From IMG/VR virus record IMGVR_UViG_2778261203_000001: DNA of 9,694 nt; one strand, written 5' to 3'. Within the stretch, counting starts at the first letter, position 1; every line of letters starts with the position of its first letter. Shown here piece after piece: positions 7,584 through 9,694 of the stretch. The DNA comes from a virus (taxonomy: Duplodnaviria > Heunggongvirae > Uroviricota > Caudoviricetes). The notes beneath the pieces were generated by a model. The model was given only the letters and a program-made list of their open reading frames with translations. It was not told where the DNA came from and did not search any database. A program made the translations under genes and the position numbers.

Positions 7584-7600
7584 AGTAAACAATTGGCATA

Positions 7601-7984
7601 TTAATTAGAGTTATTAACAACGATATCCATCTCTAACCGGATATCTAATGCCATTAACATCCCTTCAATTATGCCCTCAGCCTTCTGTAACCTTTTCCCG
7701 ATATAACCATCAGAGCAGCAATGCTTACCTGCCAGTGACATGAATGTCATACCGACTACATAATAATCTACTAATAAATCGTGCAAATCGCTGTTGTTCT
7801 TTTTCAGACGGGCCATGCACCCGCAAATGATCATCGCGTCATCGTCACAACATTGCGGGCGAGATTTTACTTTTGAAGTAATTAATCCCTTAAAACCGGC
7901 GGCAATGGACGACCAGGTCACATCTTCATGATTATTAGCCGCCCACGCTCCCCAACGCTCAAGAACCATCTGAATATCACGCAT
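7601..7984 (-). CDS. quuD: Late-gene antiterminator Q (small Q21/QuuD-type)
   Basis: 127 aa from ATG at 7984 ([24 protein letters not shown]...), preceded by GGAG; Cys-rich motifs [12 protein letters not shown] and HCC. The track ORF begins at an upstream TTG (7999). Matches DLP12 QuuD by recollection. Confidence 0.8.
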   Translation of the reverse strand: MRDIQMVLERWGAWAANNHEDVTWSSIAAGFKGLITSKVKSRPQCCDDDAMIICGCMARLKKNNSDLHDLLVDYYVVGMTFMSLAGKHCCSDGYIGKRLQKAEGIIEGMLMALDIRLEMDIVVNNSN

Positions 7985-8069
7985 CAACTTACTCCACAAA
8001 AATCAGACCAGAACGCCAATTACAAGCAAAAATCAACAAAACAGTATTAGTTGATTGTTATCTCTGACT

Positions 8070-8210
8070 TCATACTCCTGCTCCTGTCAGGGTTTTGGCG
8101 TAATTCTTCAGTATTCGGTAATCGGTCAAAACAGAACCGGGGAAACGATATAAGCGCAGACGCCCCCAGCGGTGGCGAAGAAGTTCTGCCATATTAAACT
8201 CAAACATCAT
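8070..8210 (-). CDS. ylcG: YlcG-like small protein (46 aa)
   Basis: Translated by hand: [46 protein letters not shown]. The ATG overlaps the rusA stop (ATGA). Below the ORF-track length cutoff. Confidence 0.7.
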   Translation of the reverse strand: MMFEFNMAELLRHRWGRLRLYRFPGSVLTDYRILKNYAKTLTGAGV

Positions 8211-8569
8211 TCATTCCCCATTTCGGTGATGGTCAGTTCCAGCCTCCCACCTTTGGTAACAAGCATCTTCACAACGCGGTAATCAACGACCTGAGCATCA
8301 TCCAGCCAGAAACCTGCTTTAGTGAGTGCGTCAAAAGCGGCTTTTTGCAGATTATCCAGGTCACGGCGACGGCGATCCGGCATGTGGCACTCAATGCGGA
8401 TTTTCACAGGCATAGCCAGGCCGATATCCAGCATTGCGTTTTTAATGATTCGGGCGACGTTATCGCGGTATGCCTGCCCCTCTGCGCTGACGTGCGTGCG
8501 CCCGCGATTATGGCGGTAATAGCGATTATTGCTCGGAGGCCAGGGTAATGTGATGCTGTAGGTATTCAC
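8207..8569 (-). CDS. rusA: RusA Holliday junction resolvase
   Basis: 120 aa, [46 protein letters not shown]...[38 protein letters not shown]...; acidic catalytic residues in the DLDN and DDAQ motifs. Matches DLP12/phage 82 RusA by recollection. Confidence 0.9.
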   Translation of the reverse strand: MNTYSITLPWPPSNNRYYRHNRGRTHVSAEGQAYRDNVARIIKNAMLDIGLAMPVKIRIECHMPDRRRRDLDNLQKAAFDALTKAGFWLDDAQVVDYRVVKMLVTKGGRLELTITEMGNE

Positions 8570-8856
8570 GCCTTAATAACCCCCTCTTTCAGCCAGATAA
8601 CCTGTGTTCTCGCCATACCTTCCAGCGCGCATTCTTTTGCATATCCAGCGTCAACAAAATGCGTGCGGCGGTCGATTTCGTCGTGGCAGGCAGAACATGC
8701 AATGGTGGCAATCAGGTCTGGCGGTTTCGTACCGGTGCCGCACAATCCAGTCAGCCGGATATGTGCCAGTACAGACGTTTCAGGGTTGCCATTACATACG
8801 CCAGGGATTCTTACCTGGCATTCCCGACCACGCGCTGCTTTTCTCAAATCAGCCAT
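8566..8856 (-). CDS. ybcO: YbcO-like zinc-binding putative nuclease (DUF1364)
   Basis: 96 aa from ATG at 8856 ([28 protein letters not shown]...[11 protein letters not shown]...), with AGGAGG RBS. The track ORF is extended upstream to 8895. Cys-rich CxVRIPGVC...CSAC pattern. Confidence 0.8.
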   Translation of the reverse strand: MADLRKAARGRECQVRIPGVCNGNPETSVLAHIRLTGLCGTGTKPPDLIATIACSACHDEIDRRTHFVDAGYAKECALEGMARTQVIWLKEGVIKA

Positions 8857-9019
8857 GACTCCTCCTTGCTGCCAGTCGCAACCATTTTTTATCAACCAAG
8901 CTGGCGGTATATCCGAGCAGTGTTGGTATTTCGGATGGCTTCAGCTCAGGTTTACGCTTACGACGATTTGGTACTCTGTAGATGTGTCCGTTCATGACAC
9001 GAATAAGCGGTGTAGCCAT
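8849..9019 (-). CDS. ninE: NinE
   Basis: 56 aa from the internal ATG at 9019 ([56 protein letters not shown]). Start overlaps the ybcN-like stop (TAATG); the 3' end overlaps the ybcO start by 8 nt. Confidence 0.8.
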   Translation of the reverse strand: MATPLIRVMNGHIYRVPNRRKRKPELKPSEIPTLLGYTASLVDKKWLRLAARRSHG

Positions 9020-9474
9020 TACGCCTCCTGCTTGTCGCGCAGCAGCTGGAACTCGCAGCTCTGTGGAATAGTCAGGTGGCAACCAATATTCATCGCCCAG
9101 GCTTCAACCTTACACAGGAAGACATACATCTCTCCGGTATCAAGATCGGAGGTATGGCGTAACGACTGGATAGTGGTGATATCACCGGTTACGACATCAA
9201 CCAGGTCTTTGGTTTCATAACCGAGATATGTGTGTTTGAGAGCATCTTTTACCCAAGCTGGAGTGGCGAACGTTTTACCCCTGCTGATGAGGTATTCACT
9301 GATTTCGCTGTACCACATGTGGCTGAGTGCATTCTGGGAAAGACTGCGTTTCTCACGCCACGGTTTAAGCACCATGCGAAAGCATTTGCCCTCCTCCAGA
9401 TAAGGCTGGATCTGCCGACCGATAGCGGTGAAGTTGCCGCGATGTAATTTGATGCCGTCTTGTGAGAGGTTCAC
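9019..9474 (-). CDS. ybcN: YbcN-like nin-region protein (151 aa)
   Basis: GTG start at 9474 preceded by GGAGGGGAAGC; [30 protein letters not shown]... First gene of the coupled ybcN-ninE-ybcO-rusA-ylcG chain. Identity recalled from DLP12. Confidence 0.75.
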   Translation of the reverse strand: MNLSQDGIKLHRGNFTAIGRQIQPYLEEGKCFRMVLKPWREKRSLSQNALSHMWYSEISEYLISRGKTFATPAWVKDALKHTYLGYETKDLVDVVTGDITTIQSLRHTSDLDTGEMYVFLCKVEAWAMNIGCHLTIPQSCEFQLLRDKQEA

Positions 9475-9567
9475 GCTTCCCCTCCGCAGAGGTCAAACGC
9501 TAGATGCAAAGAATTGCAGGTGCATTTCTGCATCTGTGAAGGGAGAAGAGAGTTTGGATTGTATGTG

Positions 9568-9694
9568 TGGATTTGCCCCTATATTTCCAGACACCTGTTA
9601 TCACTTAACCCATTACTGGCCTGCTGCCGCAGATATTCCCGTGGCGAGCGATAACCCAGTGCACTATGCGGGTGCCATTCGTTATAATGCTCGA
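9568..9694 (-). mobile_element. IS2, right terminal ~127 bp including the terminal inverted repeat (partial; continues past window end)
   Basis: Minus-strand reading ends ...TAATGGGTTAAGTGATAACAGGTGTCTGGAAATATAGGGGCAAATCCA, which matches the recalled IS2 right end (...GGGGCAAATCCA terminus) with a few substitutions. Confidence 0.85.
9579..9694 (-). CDS. insD: IS2 transposase (InsD / OrfB) C-terminal fragment, 5' partial
   Basis: Minus-strand translation ...[37 protein letters not shown] with stop at 9579-9581; matches the recalled C-terminus of the IS2 transposase. Confidence 0.8.
   Translation of the reverse strand, partial: EHYNEWHPHSALGYRSPREYLRQQASNGLSDNRCLEI

Noticed and set aside
7984-7999. 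Upstream TTG start for Q (track ORF 7601-7999)
   Set aside because: The ATG at 7984 has a GGAG Shine-Dalgarno at suitable spacing and gives the 127-aa product I recall for QuuD; the TTG extension adds 5 residues without an RBS.
8322-9220. Plus-strand ORFs antisense to rusA, ybcO, ninE and ybcN (8322-8519, 8345-8548, 8604-8858, 8659-8997, 8663-9220)
   Set aside because: All lie opposite a tightly coupled, recognisable operon and have no motifs or plausible ribosome-binding sites.
1-9694. CRISPR arrays, tRNA, rRNA genes
   Set aside because: No regularly spaced direct repeats, no cloverleaf-capable segments with conserved tRNA features, and no rRNA-like sequence noticed anywhere in the window.

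Overview
This 9.7-kb window reads as a defective, mosaic lambdoid prophage segment (DLP12 / phage-21-like), with its phage genes almost all on the minus strand. Right to left: the terminal ~127 bp of an IS2 copy (9568-9694); a translationally coupled nin-region operon (ybcN-like, ninE, ybcO, rusA, ylcG); a small Q antiterminator; an intact phage-borne general porin (nmpC/Lc type) on the plus strand, bracketed by hairpin terminators; an AT-rich leader with a tR'-like terminator; a phage-21-type lysis cassette (dual-start pinholin, SAR endolysin, Rz with embedded Rz1); bor on the plus strand; a ~420-bp gene-poor spacer; then a chimeric ORF with an HNH-like N-terminus followed by Mu/P2-like baseplate genes (V-, W-, J-, I-like) and the 5' part of a side tail fibre gene. 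No terminase, portal, capsid, sheath/tube or tape-measure genes lie between lysis and baseplate modules, so a large internal deletion or module fusion is inferred. The most unusual item is the spacer at 3815-4065: two plus-strand motifs closely resembling T7- and SP6-class single-subunit RNA polymerase promoters flank a perfect 10-bp inverted repeat and are followed by a strong Shine-Dalgarno site and a 40-codon ORF. All calls are by eye from translations and motifs, with protein identities recalled from memory; no database search or computation was run.
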